Origin: an uncultured Pelagibacteraceae bacterium
Lineage (GTDB): Bacteria > Pseudomonadota > Alphaproteobacteria > Pelagibacterales > Pelagibacteraceae
Length of the DNA stretch: 64,000 bases
NCBI GenBank assembly: GCA_902569105.1
Contig: CACFTE010000004.1
Coordinates: 6,303-70,302 of the forward strand
Reading direction: 5' to 3'
A model generated the notes under the pieces. That model searched no databases. It saw nothing but the letters and a program-made list of their open reading frames with translations, and was not told the DNA's origin. This document shows, piece after piece, positions 11,626 to 21,733 of this stretch; the stretch's first letter is position 1, and each line of letters opens with the position of its first letter. The position numbers and the translations under genes were made by a program.

Positions 11626-12226
11626 TTAATTGTTTTTCTAAAACTTTAACGAAATCTAAATATTTTACATTTGACAATTCTTTTAATCTTGTTACTTTTT
11701 TATCTTTTATTCCACAAGGGACAATTTTTTTAAAATGATCAAGATTGTTATTTATATTTAATGAAAATCCATGGTAAGCAACCCATTTTTTTACCCTAAT
11801 TCCAATTGCTGCAATTTTTTTAACCTCATTGTTATGTTCAACCCATATACCAATGTTTTTTCGATCACTTTTACTTATAATATTAAACTTTTTTAAACTA
11901 TTAATTATTGAATTCTCTAAACAAATTATAAACTTTCTAATATCCTTTTTTCTTTTAGTCAAATCTATAACTAAATAACAAATTAGTTGTCCTGTTGAAT
12001 GACAAGTTATTTTACCACCTCTTGATGATTTTATTAATTTTATTCTTTTATCTAATACTTCAGATTCATTATAACTAGTACCAGCTGTATAAATTTGATT
12101 ATGTTCTAAAAACCAAATTAATTCTCTTTCTGATTTGTTAATTACATTTTCTAATCTTTTCTCAAGTAATTGAATTGCGTCATAATAATTCACTGGTTTT
12201 ATTGATCTTTTTATCTCTATACTCAT
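11594..12226 (-). CDS. lipB: Octanoyltransferase
   Basis: LEH..YTAG, RGGKITCH, KIAAIG, YHGFSLN, IVPCGI. Confidence 0.95.
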   Translation of the reverse strand: MSIEIKRSIKPVNYYDAIQLLEKRLENVINKSERELIWFLEHNQIYTAGTSYNESEVLDKRIKLIKSSRGGKITCHSTGQLICYLVIDLTKRKKDIRKFIICLENSIINSLKKFNIISKSDRKNIGIWVEHNNEVKKIAAIGIRVKKWVAYHGFSLNINNNLDHFKKIVPCGIKDKKVTRLKELSNVKYLDFVKVLEKQLIKNLSASNYF

Positions 12227-12277
12227 AATAAATTTGTAATATAAGGATATCGCTCAAAAAAACTAGGAATATCGATC

Positions 12278-13654
12278 ATGAGTTTAATAAAAAAAAGTAA
12301 AGACAAAATAGTTAACTTTGAATTTAATAAGGAATATATAAAAGTTATCACTGAAAAAATATCAAGTAGTGATGCAAATTTTATCAATAACTCATTTAAA
12401 GAAATGCACCCCGCTGATGCTGCAGATATTATTGAACATCTATCTCAAGAGGATAGAGAAAATCTGATAAAATTAAGTAATTTTAAAATTGATCCATCTA
12501 TATTTATTGAACTAAATGAAGCTATTCAAACAGAAATAACTAAATATTTGTCTAATGAAAGTATCGTTTTCATACTTAAAAATCTTGATTCAGATGATGC
12601 AATTAAAATTTTAGAAAATTTAGATGAAAAAAACAAAAACGATATTTTAAGTTCATTACCACCTAAAGATAGATTTGTTTTATTGGAAAGTTTAAGCTAT
12701 CCAGAAGATAGTGCTGCTCGTATTATGCAAAGACAGTTCACAGCTATACCAAGCAACTGGTCTGTAGGACAAACAATTGATTATTTAAGAGAAAATCGAG
12801 ATTTACCTGAAGAATTTTTAGAAATTTTTATAGTAGATAATGAATTTAAACCAATTGGAACAGTGCCATCATCAAAAGTTTTAAGAACTCCTCGTGATAC
12901 CAAAATGATATCAATAACAAATGAAACTCAATTTTTAATCCCAGTCGATATGGATAGAGAGGAAGTTGGTAGAATGTTTGAAAACTACAACCTTAATTCC
13001 GCATGTGTTGTAGATAAAAATAATAAACTTGTAGGAATGATCACGAATGATGATGTTTTAACTGTATTAGCTGAAGAAGCTGAAGAAGATGCATTAAGAC
13101 TGGCTGGTGTAGGAGATGAAGAAATTACAGATGGTATAGTAACTAAAACAAAAAGAAGATTTAATTGGCTCTTGCTCAATTTATTCACAGCATTTTTAGC
13201 AACATGGGTAATTAGTCTTTTCGGAGCTACAATAGAACAAATGGTTGCATTAGCCTTTTTAATGCCAATTGTAGCATCAATGGGAGGCAATGCAGGAATG
13301 CAAACTCTTGCTGTTACAGTAAGAGCCATAGCAACAAATGATCTGACCGAAAATAATTTTACTCAAAATATTATAAAAGAATTTTCTATAGGTATTTTAA
13401 ATGGATTTATATTTGCAATAATCAGTGCTGCGATAGTTCAATTATGGTTTAAAGATTTAATTTTATCCATGATTATTTCAATCTCAATGGTTTTAAATAT
13501 GATTGTTGCTGGATTATTTGGAATATTAATTCCAATAGGTTTAAAAAAATTTAAAGTCGATCCCGCAATAGCGTCTAGTGTATTCGTAACAACTATAACT
13601 GATGTAATTGGTTTTTTATCTTTTTTAGGTATTGGTGCGTACTTTTTTTATTAA
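12278..13654 (+). CDS. mgtE: Magnesium transporter MgtE
   Basis: HPADAAD N-domain, CBS pair, MGGNAGMQ, DPAIASSVFVTTITDV. Confidence 0.96.
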   Translation: MSLIKKSKDKIVNFEFNKEYIKVITEKISSSDANFINNSFKEMHPADAADIIEHLSQEDRENLIKLSNFKIDPSIFIELNEAIQTEITKYLSNESIVFILKNLDSDDAIKILENLDEKNKNDILSSLPPKDRFVLLESLSYPEDSAARIMQRQFTAIPSNWSVGQTIDYLRENRDLPEEFLEIFIVDNEFKPIGTVPSSKVLRTPRDTKMISITNETQFLIPVDMDREEVGRMFENYNLNSACVVDKNNKLVGMITNDDVLTVLAEEAEEDALRLAGVGDEEITDGIVTKTKRRFNWLLLNLFTAFLATWVISLFGATIEQMVALAFLMPIVASMGGNAGMQTLAVTVRAIATNDLTENNFTQNIIKEFSIGILNGFIFAIISAAIVQLWFKDLILSMIISISMVLNMIVAGLFGILIPIGLKKFKVDPAIASSVFVTTITDVIGFLSFLGIGAYFFY

Positions 13655-14464
13655 TTAGATATTATCAATTAATCTTATACCTTTTTGCTTATATGCAATA
13701 AAAATTCTAAAATTTTTTTTTGAAAATCTTTTAGATAAGTTAATCGAATTTCTAATTTCAAAATACTCAACTTTATCACATAACATCATAATTTTTAATT
13801 TATACTCATTTAATAAGACAATATTTTTAAAATCTTTAAGAATTTTATTTTTATAATGAAAAAGATTTTTCGAAATTTGTTCGCATTTACTTATTAATTT
13901 TTGTGAGAGTAAAAGATTTCTAGAAGATAAAGCCAGTTTATTTTTGTTTCTAATAGTTTTGCAAGTAATTATTTTAGTTTTATGGATTTTTTTTAAGTAT
14001 TTTTTTATTAGATATACTTGTTGAAAATCCTTCTCTCCGAAAAAAATATACTTTGCTCTAATTTCTGACATCAGTCTATCTACAACAGCTAAAACACCTT
14101 CAAAATGACCTTTTCGATATTTTGAACATAGAATTTTATCATTTAATGAAATATTTATTTTTTTAGGCGTACCTTTTTTATATATCTCATTCTTATGTGG
14201 CAAAAAAAGATAATTAACTTTTAATTTTTTAAGAGCGAGAATATCTTTATTTATATTACGAGGATATTCTAAAAAATCCTTTTTATTGTTAAACTGAGTT
14301 GGATTTATAAATATACTTACCAATACTTTTTTTGATTTTTTTTTGGCAACTTTTATTAATGATAAATGACCGTTATGTAAAGTTCCCATAGTAGGAACGA
14401 ATCCAATACTTTCATTAAAATCTATTTCTTTATTTAAAATTTTAAAGCTTTTAAAAATTTTCAT
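13655..14464 (-). CDS. panC: Pantoate--beta-alanine ligase
   Basis: GFVPTMGTLHNGH, FGEKDFQQ, LALSSRN, RLIDNI. Confidence 0.95.
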   Translation of the reverse strand: MKIFKSFKILNKEIDFNESIGFVPTMGTLHNGHLSLIKVAKKKSKKVLVSIFINPTQFNNKKDFLEYPRNINKDILALKKLKVNYLFLPHKNEIYKKGTPKKINISLNDKILCSKYRKGHFEGVLAVVDRLMSEIRAKYIFFGEKDFQQVYLIKKYLKKIHKTKIITCKTIRNKNKLALSSRNLLLSQKLISKCEQISKNLFHYKNKILKDFKNIVLLNEYKLKIMMLCDKVEYFEIRNSINLSKRFSKKNFRIFIAYKQKGIRLIDNI

Positions 14465-14491
14465 TTATGATACTTGATTAAATATTACATT

Positions 14492-15307
14492 ATGATCAAA
14501 CAAGCAATAATACCACTTGCAGGATTAGGTACTCGTTTATTGCCATTAACAAGTGTCTTTCCGAAAGAATTATTGCCAATTAATGGGAAACCAGGATTAG
14601 AGTATATTTTAGACGAGTGTATTGATGCGGGCATTAAAGAAATTATTTTTATTATTTCTGATAAAAAAAAACTTATTAAAAAGTATTTTTATAATGATAA
14701 ATTTTATAAAAAAATAATCAAAAAAAAAAAAGATAAAAGAATTACAAAAGCCTATAAAAAAATTCAAAACTATAAAAAGAAAATTAAATTTGTATATCAA
14801 AATAAACCTCTTGGTACTGGCGACGCAGTTTTAAAAACAAAAAAATATATTAGTGAATCACATTTTCTTATGTTATTTCCAGATGATTTAATCATGAAAA
14901 AAAATTGCTCTAAAGAAATGATTTTGCTTCACAAGAAATTTAAATGTTCGGTAATGGCATCATTTAAAGTTAAAAAGAAAGATGTTAGTAGATGGGGCAT
15001 TTATTCAGTAAATAAAAAAATTAATAAAAAAAATTTTTTAATCAAAGATGTTATTGAAAAACCAAAAATAAATTCAGCCCCATCAACAAATGCAGTAATC
15101 GGCAGATACATTTTACCAAAAGAAATTTTTAAGAAGCTAGAAAAACAAACCAAAGGTATTGGAAATGAAATTCATATTACTGATGCAATAAGAAAGTTGA
15201 TCAAGGAAGACTTTAAGTTCATTGGCCATAATTTTGCCGGTAAATATTTAGATTGTGGCACTATGAATGGATATATTAATTCATCTTTGGAAATATCAAA
15301 ATTATGA
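14492..15307 (+). CDS. galU: UTP--glucose-1-phosphate uridylyltransferase (GalU-like)
   Basis: AGLGTRLLP, PKELLP, PLGTGDAV, IEKP, YLDCG; ATG 14492 preferred; coupled to ugd. Confidence 0.88.
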   Translation: MIKQAIIPLAGLGTRLLPLTSVFPKELLPINGKPGLEYILDECIDAGIKEIIFIISDKKKLIKKYFYNDKFYKKIIKKKKDKRITKAYKKIQNYKKKIKFVYQNKPLGTGDAVLKTKKYISESHFLMLFPDDLIMKKNCSKEMILLHKKFKCSVMASFKVKKKDVSRWGIYSVNKKINKKNFLIKDVIEKPKINSAPSTNAVIGRYILPKEIFKKLEKQTKGIGNEIHITDAIRKLIKEDFKFIGHNFAGKYLDCGTMNGYINSSLEISKL

Positions 15308-16602
15308 AACTATGCATGATAGGCACAGGCTATGTAGGCTTAGTTAGTGGTGTTTGTTTTGCCGATCTAGGCAATGATGTTATTTGTGTGGATAAAGATA
15401 TTAATAAAATAAATAATCTTAAGAAATCAATTATACCAATATACGAGCCTGGTTTAGATGAGCTTGTTAATAAAAATTATAAAGCGGGAAGACTAAAATT
15501 TTCAACTAATCTTTCGCAAGCTATTGAAAAATCAAGTATCATTTTTATTTGTGTTGGAACACCAACTAAAAAAAATAAATATGAGGCAGATTTATCTCAA
15601 GTTTATTCTGTAGCCAACCAAATTAGTAAAAATATTAAATCATTTAAAATTATAATTAATAAATCAACAGTGCCAGTCACCACCGGTGATAAGGTTGAAA
15701 AAATCATTTCAAGCAAAGTGAAAAAAAATTTATTTAGTGTCGTTTCTAATCCAGAATTTTTAAGAGAAGGTGAGGCTATTAGAGATTTTATTTATCCTGA
15801 TAGAGTAATCATCGGAACTTCAAATAAAAAATCAAATAAAATATTAAAAAATTTATATTTACCTTTAATTTCTAAAGGTGCAAAGTATATCAACACATCT
15901 AGAAGAGGCGCTGAACTTATTAAGTATGCGTCAAACGCTTTTCTAGCTACAAAAATTACCTTTATAAATGAATTGGCAAATTTGTGTGAAAAATTAGATA
16001 TTAATATAGAGGATGTTTCAATTGGCATTGGTACAGATAAAAGAATTGGAGGAAGATTCTTAAGAGCAGGACCAGCTTATGGAGGATCTTGTTTTCCAAA
16101 AGATACTAGAGCATTAGTTGATACTGCAAATAAATCAAAAACTTTTTTATCTCTAGTTAATTCTGTAATAGATTCAAATAACAAAAGGACAGAAATTTTA
16201 TTAAAAAGAATCAAATCTATTTTAAAAAATAAAATTAAAAATAGGAAAATAACATTTTTAGGAGTTACATTTAAGGCTAACACTGATGATATGCGAGAGT
16301 CATCAAGTTTAAAAATGATCCCCTATTTAAGCAAAAAGGGAGCTAAGATTTTATATTATGATCCAACTGGACAAAAAGATGAGTTTAATAAATTTAAAAA
16401 TGTTAAATTCAAAAATAATATCAAAGATGCTTGCGAAAAATCTGATTTGATAGTTATACATACTGAATGGAATGAATTTAAATTAATTGATCTAAAGAAA
16501 ATTGTAAAAAATAAAAATTTTATTGTCTATGATATGAGAAATATTTATTCACCTGAAAAAATGAAAAAACAAAATATTAAATATTTTGGAATAGGTAGGT
16601 AA
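15304..16602 (+). CDS. ugd: UDP-glucose 6-dehydrogenase
   Basis: GTGYVG, SNPEFLREG, KYASNAFLA, YGGSCFPKD, FKANTDDMRES. Confidence 0.94.
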   Translation: MKLCMIGTGYVGLVSGVCFADLGNDVICVDKDINKINNLKKSIIPIYEPGLDELVNKNYKAGRLKFSTNLSQAIEKSSIIFICVGTPTKKNKYEADLSQVYSVANQISKNIKSFKIIINKSTVPVTTGDKVEKIISSKVKKNLFSVVSNPEFLREGEAIRDFIYPDRVIIGTSNKKSNKILKNLYLPLISKGAKYINTSRRGAELIKYASNAFLATKITFINELANLCEKLDINIEDVSIGIGTDKRIGGRFLRAGPAYGGSCFPKDTRALVDTANKSKTFLSLVNSVIDSNNKRTEILLKRIKSILKNKIKNRKITFLGVTFKANTDDMRESSSLKMIPYLSKKGAKILYYDPTGQKDEFNKFKNVKFKNNIKDACEKSDLIVIHTEWNEFKLIDLKKIVKNKNFIVYDMRNIYSPEKMKKQNIKYFGIGR

Positions 16603-16603
16603 T

Positions 16604-17065
16604 TTAGTTTAATTCAAAAATAGCATCAACTTCTACTGCAACACCTAATGGCAGACTGTTTGTACTTACCGCAGCTCTAGTATGCATGCCTACTTCACCA
16701 AAAATTTTTACTATCGTATCTGATGCACCATTAATCACCTTAGGTTGTTCAGTAAAATTATCTGTTGAATTGACAAAACCGGTTAATTTTATGCAGGATT
16801 TAATTTTAGAAAGATCATTTTTCAAGTATTTTTTTGCCTGTGAAACAATGCTAAATGCACATCTAATTGCAGCCTTATAACCTTCCTCAGTTGTCAAATT
16901 CTCTCCTAATTTACCTTTAATTAATTTTCCATTTTCATCTATAGATATTTGCCCAGATATATAAAGTAGTTTGCCGACTTCTTTTGCAGCAACATAAGAT
17001 CCAACTGGATCTGCAGCTACAGGAAGTTTAAAATTGTTCTTTTCTATATTTTCTTCAAAACTCAT
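16604..17065 (-). CDS. RidA/YjgF-family protein
   Basis: LYISGQI, LTGFVNS, NGASD, HTRAAV, LPLGVAVEVD. Confidence 0.9.
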   Translation of the reverse strand: MSFEENIEKNNFKLPVAADPVGSYVAAKEVGKLLYISGQISIDENGKLIKGKLGENLTTEEGYKAAIRCAFSIVSQAKKYLKNDLSKIKSCIKLTGFVNSTDNFTEQPKVINGASDTIVKIFGEVGMHTRAAVSTNSLPLGVAVEVDAIFELN

Positions 17066-17283
17066 TTTTTCTTTTTAAACCAATCTGAAAGATATTTTTT
17101 TTCCTTTACATTACTAGTATCCAATTCTAGTTTTCCCACACCTGAAGTTTTTTCTTTTGTCTTCTTCGTAATACAATTTAAATATTCTTTTGAAAGTTTC
17201 TTAATATCAGAGCAATCAGTGGCACTATAAACCGAAGTATTGTAAATTGATAACAAAAAGATAATCAAAAAAATTTTTTTCAT
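17062..17283 (-). CDS. Small exported hypothetical protein
   Basis: Signal peptide MKKIFLIIFLL...VYSA, two Cys; ATGA overlaps with both topA and ridA. Confidence 0.75.
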   Translation of the reverse strand: MKKIFLIIFLLSIYNTSVYSATDCSDIKKLSKEYLNCITKKTKEKTSGVGKLELDTSNVKEKKYLSDWFKKKK

Positions 17284-19823
17284 TTTTTTCCCCTCTTTTT
17301 GTTTTTATCGTATTCTCTTCTTTTTTCTATCAAAATTAACGCTTCCTCCATAGTTAATTCTGCTGGATCTTTTTCCTCAGGTATAGTCGCGTTTAGTGAT
17401 TTATACTTAATATACGGTCCATATTGGCCCTTCATTATTCGGACTGGTCTTTTATCTTCTGGGTGTTCACCTAAATCCTTTATTATAGAGGAAGATATTC
17501 TTCCAGGTTTAGCTTCAGCAATTAATGAAATTGCTCTATTTAAACCAATGGTAAAAAGCTCATCAATATTTTCTAATCTAGCTGATTTGTTATCACACTT
17601 TAAATATGGACCAAATCTTCCTGAATTTATAGTAATATCTTTTCCATTATCAGGGTGTTGACCTATAATTTTTGGTAATGAACATAAATATCTAGCTTTT
17701 TCTAAATCAATTTGATCAATTTCTATACCCTTAGGAATTGAAACATTTTTTAAATTATCATTAATTTTTTTCTTTTTCTTTTTTTTTGAAGATTTCTCTT
17801 CATCTATGAGCTCATATTGAAGGTATGGACCAAATCTTCCATTTTTAAGATAAATTTCTTTACCTTTTTCATTTTGTCCAATTAACTTAGGTTCTGATAA
17901 AGCTATTTGATCATTTGCTTTAGATTTTGATAGAGGTCTTGTAAACTTACACTCAGGATAGTTTGAGCAGCCTATAAAAGCTCCGCCTCTAAAACTATTT
18001 TTTAAACTTAATTCTCCTGTGGCACATAATTTACACTGTCGATTTATTTTACCATTCTGATCTGCTTCAAATATAAGTTCACCTAAGCTTTCATTTAAAA
18101 GGTCTAGTACTTCTCTTGTTCTTTTCTCTTTTACATTTGAAACATTATTATTAAAATCTTTCCAAAAATTATCGAGTACTTTAATCCATTCTTCTTTACC
18201 TGATGTGATGTCATCTAGTTGTTCTTCTAGTCCTGCTGTAAAACCATAATCTACGTACTTTGCAAAAAGCTTTTCTAAAAAGGCAGATAATAGCTTACCT
18301 CTATCTGTAGGAAAAAATCGTTTATTAACCACATCTGCATATCCTCTATTAGAAATAACTGAAATAATACTTGCATAAGTAGATGGCCTACCAATTCCTA
18401 ATTCTTCAAGTTTTTTAACTAAGCTAGCCTCAGAATATCTTGGGGGAGGTTGTGTAAAATGTTGTTCATCAATAAATTCCTCAGTTGTAACATCTACTTT
18501 TTTTACATCAGGTAAAATTTTCTCATCCTCGTCATCAATCCTTGATAACTTTAAAAATCCATCAAATTTTATTGTAGATCCAGAACATTTAAATTGATTT
18601 AAGTTATTATCAGAAATAATAGTAATTGTTTTTCTGTCAAATTTTGCAGATTCCATTTGAGATGAGAGAGCCCTTGACCAAATAAGATCATATAATTTAA
18701 TTTGATCAGAGCTTAAGTATTTTTTCATAATATCAGGTGTTCTTGAAATATCTGTAGGCCTTATAGCCTCGTGAGCCTCTTGTGCATTTTTAGCTTTTTT
18801 TCCTGAATAGTTATTAGGTTCTGATGGAAGATAATTTTCTCCATAAGAACTTTTAATAAAAGATCTAAATTCAGAAATAGCGTCTTTCGATATGTTTGTT
18901 CCATCAGTTCTCATATAGGTAATTAAACCAACCGCATCTCCTTCAACATCTATTCCTTGATATAGTCTTTGTGCTATTTGCATTGTTCTAGAGGCTCCAA
19001 AACCCAGCTTACTAGATGATGTTTGTTGCAAAGTTGATGTAGTAAATGGCCCAAGAGGATTTCTTGTATATATTTTAGATGTAATATCTGAGACTTTATA
19101 TTTTGATTTTTTTATTGTTTCAATTGCTAAATTAATATCTTCTTTGTTTCTAAATGAAAATTTGTCTATTTTGTTTTTATTAAGCAATACTAAATTTGAA
19201 TTTAAAATATCTCCATTTAAAGTTTTAAAATTTACGTTTAAGGTCCAAAATTCCTCTGGATTAAATTGTTCAATTTGATGTTCTCTTTCAGTCAATAATC
19301 TTAGCGCTACTGATTGGACTCTTCCGGCAGATTTAGAGCCAGGTAATTTCGTCCAAAGAATTGGAGATATATTGAAACCTACAAGATAATCTAGGGCTCT
19401 TCTAGCCATATAAGCATCAACTAAATTTGGTTCAATATTTCTTGGATTATCTATTCCTTTGGTTACAGCTTTTTTTGTAATCTCATTAAAAACAACTCTT
19501 TCAACTTTTTTATCTTTTAAAAGTTTTTTCTCTTCTAAATATTCTTTAACATGCCATGCTATTGCTTCTCCTTCACGATCAGGATCGGTTGCAAGAATTA
19601 TCTTTTCTGATTTTTTTGCAGCATCAGTTATTTCTTTTAAATACTTTTTTGAAAAACTATCTACTTCCCAGATCATTTTAAATTTATCCTCCGGATTAAC
19701 TGATCCATTTTTAGAGGGAAGATCTCTAATATGTCCATAACTTGCTAAAACAGTATATTTTGTCCCTAAATATTTATTTATAGTTTTGGCTTTTGCTGGA
19801 CTTTCAACAATGACAAGATTCAT
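17280..19823 (-). CDS. topA: DNA topoisomerase I
   Basis: VESPAKAKTI, ATDPDREGEAI, SAGRVQS, LITYMRTD, GIGRPSTY; one C4 ribbon plus GRFGPY repeats. Confidence 0.98.
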   Translation of the reverse strand: MNLVIVESPAKAKTINKYLGTKYTVLASYGHIRDLPSKNGSVNPEDKFKMIWEVDSFSKKYLKEITDAAKKSEKIILATDPDREGEAIAWHVKEYLEEKKLLKDKKVERVVFNEITKKAVTKGIDNPRNIEPNLVDAYMARRALDYLVGFNISPILWTKLPGSKSAGRVQSVALRLLTEREHQIEQFNPEEFWTLNVNFKTLNGDILNSNLVLLNKNKIDKFSFRNKEDINLAIETIKKSKYKVSDITSKIYTRNPLGPFTTSTLQQTSSSKLGFGASRTMQIAQRLYQGIDVEGDAVGLITYMRTDGTNISKDAISEFRSFIKSSYGENYLPSEPNNYSGKKAKNAQEAHEAIRPTDISRTPDIMKKYLSSDQIKLYDLIWSRALSSQMESAKFDRKTITIISDNNLNQFKCSGSTIKFDGFLKLSRIDDEDEKILPDVKKVDVTTEEFIDEQHFTQPPPRYSEASLVKKLEELGIGRPSTYASIISVISNRGYADVVNKRFFPTDRGKLLSAFLEKLFAKYVDYGFTAGLEEQLDDITSGKEEWIKVLDNFWKDFNNNVSNVKEKRTREVLDLLNESLGELIFEADQNGKINRQCKLCATGELSLKNSFRGGAFIGCSNYPECKFTRPLSKSKANDQIALSEPKLIGQNEKGKEIYLKNGRFGPYLQYELIDEEKSSKKKKKKKINDNLKNVSIPKGIEIDQIDLEKARYLCSLPKIIGQHPDNGKDITINSGRFGPYLKCDNKSARLENIDELFTIGLNRAISLIAEAKPGRISSSIIKDLGEHPEDKRPVRIMKGQYGPYIKYKSLNATIPEEKDPAELTMEEALILIEKRREYDKNKKRGKK

Positions 19824-19862
19824 ATGTAGAGAAACTACACAAAAAATATGCTTTTAGTCAAA

Positions 19863-20441
19863 TTAATAAATATTTGTTTTAGATTCACTGCGATTTAACA
19901 GTCTTTTTATATTTTCACGATGAGTATAAAAAATAAGAACAAACATTATTATAAAGAAAAAAATTACCTCTCCTTTAAAAATAAAAAAGTTAATAATTGG
20001 AATTGATAAACTTCCCAATAGAGATGATAATGATGAATATTTAAATAATAAAAAAGTTACAAACCAAGTTACGCCAAAAATTAATCCTAAGTAAATATCT
20101 ATACAGCATAGTATTCCAACATATGTAGCTACACCTTTTCCACCTTTAAATTTTAACCATACTGGAAAAACATGACCTAAAAAAACACACAGTGAGGCAA
20201 TATATAAGTATTCAATAAAATAGACCTTAACAATAATTACTGGAATCACTGCTTTTAAAATGTCCAAAGTTAAAGTTGCATATCCAATTGATTTACTGCC
20301 AGTTCTTAATGCATTTGTAGCACCAATGTTTCCTGAACCTATTTTTCGTATATCTTTTTTTAAAAAAATTTTTGTAAGCAAAAAACCAAATGGAATTGAC
20401 CCTAATAAATACGAAATAGCTATAATAAATTCTAATTTCAC
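19863..20441 (-). CDS. plsY: Glycerol-3-phosphate acyltransferase PlsY
   Basis: YLLGSIPFG, GSGNIGATN, FKGGKGVAT, HRENIKRL; GTG start. Confidence 0.96.
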   Translation of the reverse strand: MKLEFIIAISYLLGSIPFGFLLTKIFLKKDIRKIGSGNIGATNALRTGSKSIGYATLTLDILKAVIPVIIVKVYFIEYLYIASLCVFLGHVFPVWLKFKGGKGVATYVGILCCIDIYLGLIFGVTWFVTFLLFKYSSLSSLLGSLSIPIINFFIFKGEVIFFFIIMFVLIFYTHRENIKRLLNRSESKTNIY

Positions 20442-21733
20442 TTTGATTTAAACAACTCCTTACCATTTACAAAAGTGCTTATAACTTTTCCTTGCAATTT
20501 TCTTCCTTCTATTGATGTATTTTTTGATTTTGATACCAAATTTTCTTTTTTAACGATCCATGGTTTATTTGTATCAACAATACAAAAATCTCCATCAGTT
20601 CCAACACTTAAATTACCTTTATTAATTTTTAAAATTTTCGCAGGATTGTGAGTAATTACTTCGATAATTCTTTCTAATTTAATTGAGCCATTATGAAATT
20701 GTTCTAATGCTAAGCTTAAAAATGTTTCTATACCAGACGCACCTGTTGCAGCTTGTGAAAATGTCAATCTTTTAGACTCCTCATCTTCAGGTTTATGATC
20801 TGACACTATTACATCGATTAAATTTTTATTAATTCCATCTATAAGAGAAATTCTATCATCTTCAGTTCTTAAAGGAGGTGAAAGTTTTAAAAAGGTTCTG
20901 AATTCTCCTATATCATTCTCATTTAAGGCGAGGTTGTTGATTGATACACCAGTTGTAAAATTAACTATATCTTTTTTATAATGTATTAAATCCAAAGATT
21001 TTCTGCTAGAGATCTGAGAAATATGATATCTACAATTTGTTTCTTCTAATAAACTAAGATCTCTCTCTATAATTATTTTTTCAGACAAGTCAGATATGCC
21101 TGGAATTCCAAGTTTAGTAGACACTATTCCATCATTTATCATTCCATCTTTAGATAGTTCAGCATCTTCTGCATGTTGCATTACTAGACAATCAAAGTCG
21201 TAAGCTGATTTAATTATTCTAGTCATAACCCTTGGGCTTTGAATAGATTTAATTCCATCAGTAAAACCTACAATGCCCTTATTTTTTAAAAGACCAAACT
21301 CACACATATTCTTTCCCTCTGCATTTTTTGTTAAAGTAGCTGTTGGAAATATATTTATTTTTGATTTATCTCTTCCTCTTCTTTGAATAAAATCAACAAT
21401 AGAGACACTATCAATTACAGGTTTTGTATTTGGCATTGTCACAACAGACGTAATTCCTCCTGCTAGCGCCGCTTCGCTTAATGATCTATAATTTTCTTTA
21501 TACTCATAACCTGGCTCTCCACCAAAAACTCTCATATCCACAATTCCTGGAAAAATATGTTTTCCCGTTAAATCAATATATTTTTCTCTAGATGGAATAT
21601 TGTTTTTATTAACTCGTTTTCCAGAGGCTTCTATTTTTCCATTTTCATCAATAATTAATCCACCAATTTCGTTAACCGAATTACATGGATCAACTATATG
21701 ACCGTTTAAGAAATATTGTTTTTTATTTATCAT
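20438..21733 (-). CDS. pyrC: Dihydroorotase-like protein, probably the inactive PyrC' partner of ATCase
   Basis: Amidohydrolase motifs (AGGITSVVTMPNT, PPLR, SDH) but the HxH ligand site reads DMRVF; adjacent to pyrB. Confidence 0.85.
   Translation of the reverse strand: MINKKQYFLNGHIVDPCNSVNEIGGLIIDENGKIEASGKRVNKNNIPSREKYIDLTGKHIFPGIVDMRVFGGEPGYEYKENYRSLSEAALAGGITSVVTMPNTKPVIDSVSIVDFIQRRGRDKSKINIFPTATLTKNAEGKNMCEFGLLKNKGIVGFTDGIKSIQSPRVMTRIIKSAYDFDCLVMQHAEDAELSKDGMINDGIVSTKLGIPGISDLSEKIIIERDLSLLEETNCRYHISQISSRKSLDLIHYKKDIVNFTTGVSINNLALNENDIGEFRTFLKLSPPLRTEDDRISLIDGINKNLIDVIVSDHKPEDEESKRLTFSQAATGASGIETFLSLALEQFHNGSIKLERIIEVITHNPAKILKINKGNLSVGTDGDFCIVDTNKPWIVKKENLVSKSKNTSIEGRKLQGKVISTFVNGKELFKSK

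Noticed and set aside
14700-14780. Long poly-A runs (e.g. in galU) as phase-variation or frameshift sites
   Set aside because: Frames stay intact, and such Lys-codon runs occur throughout this AT-rich sequence.
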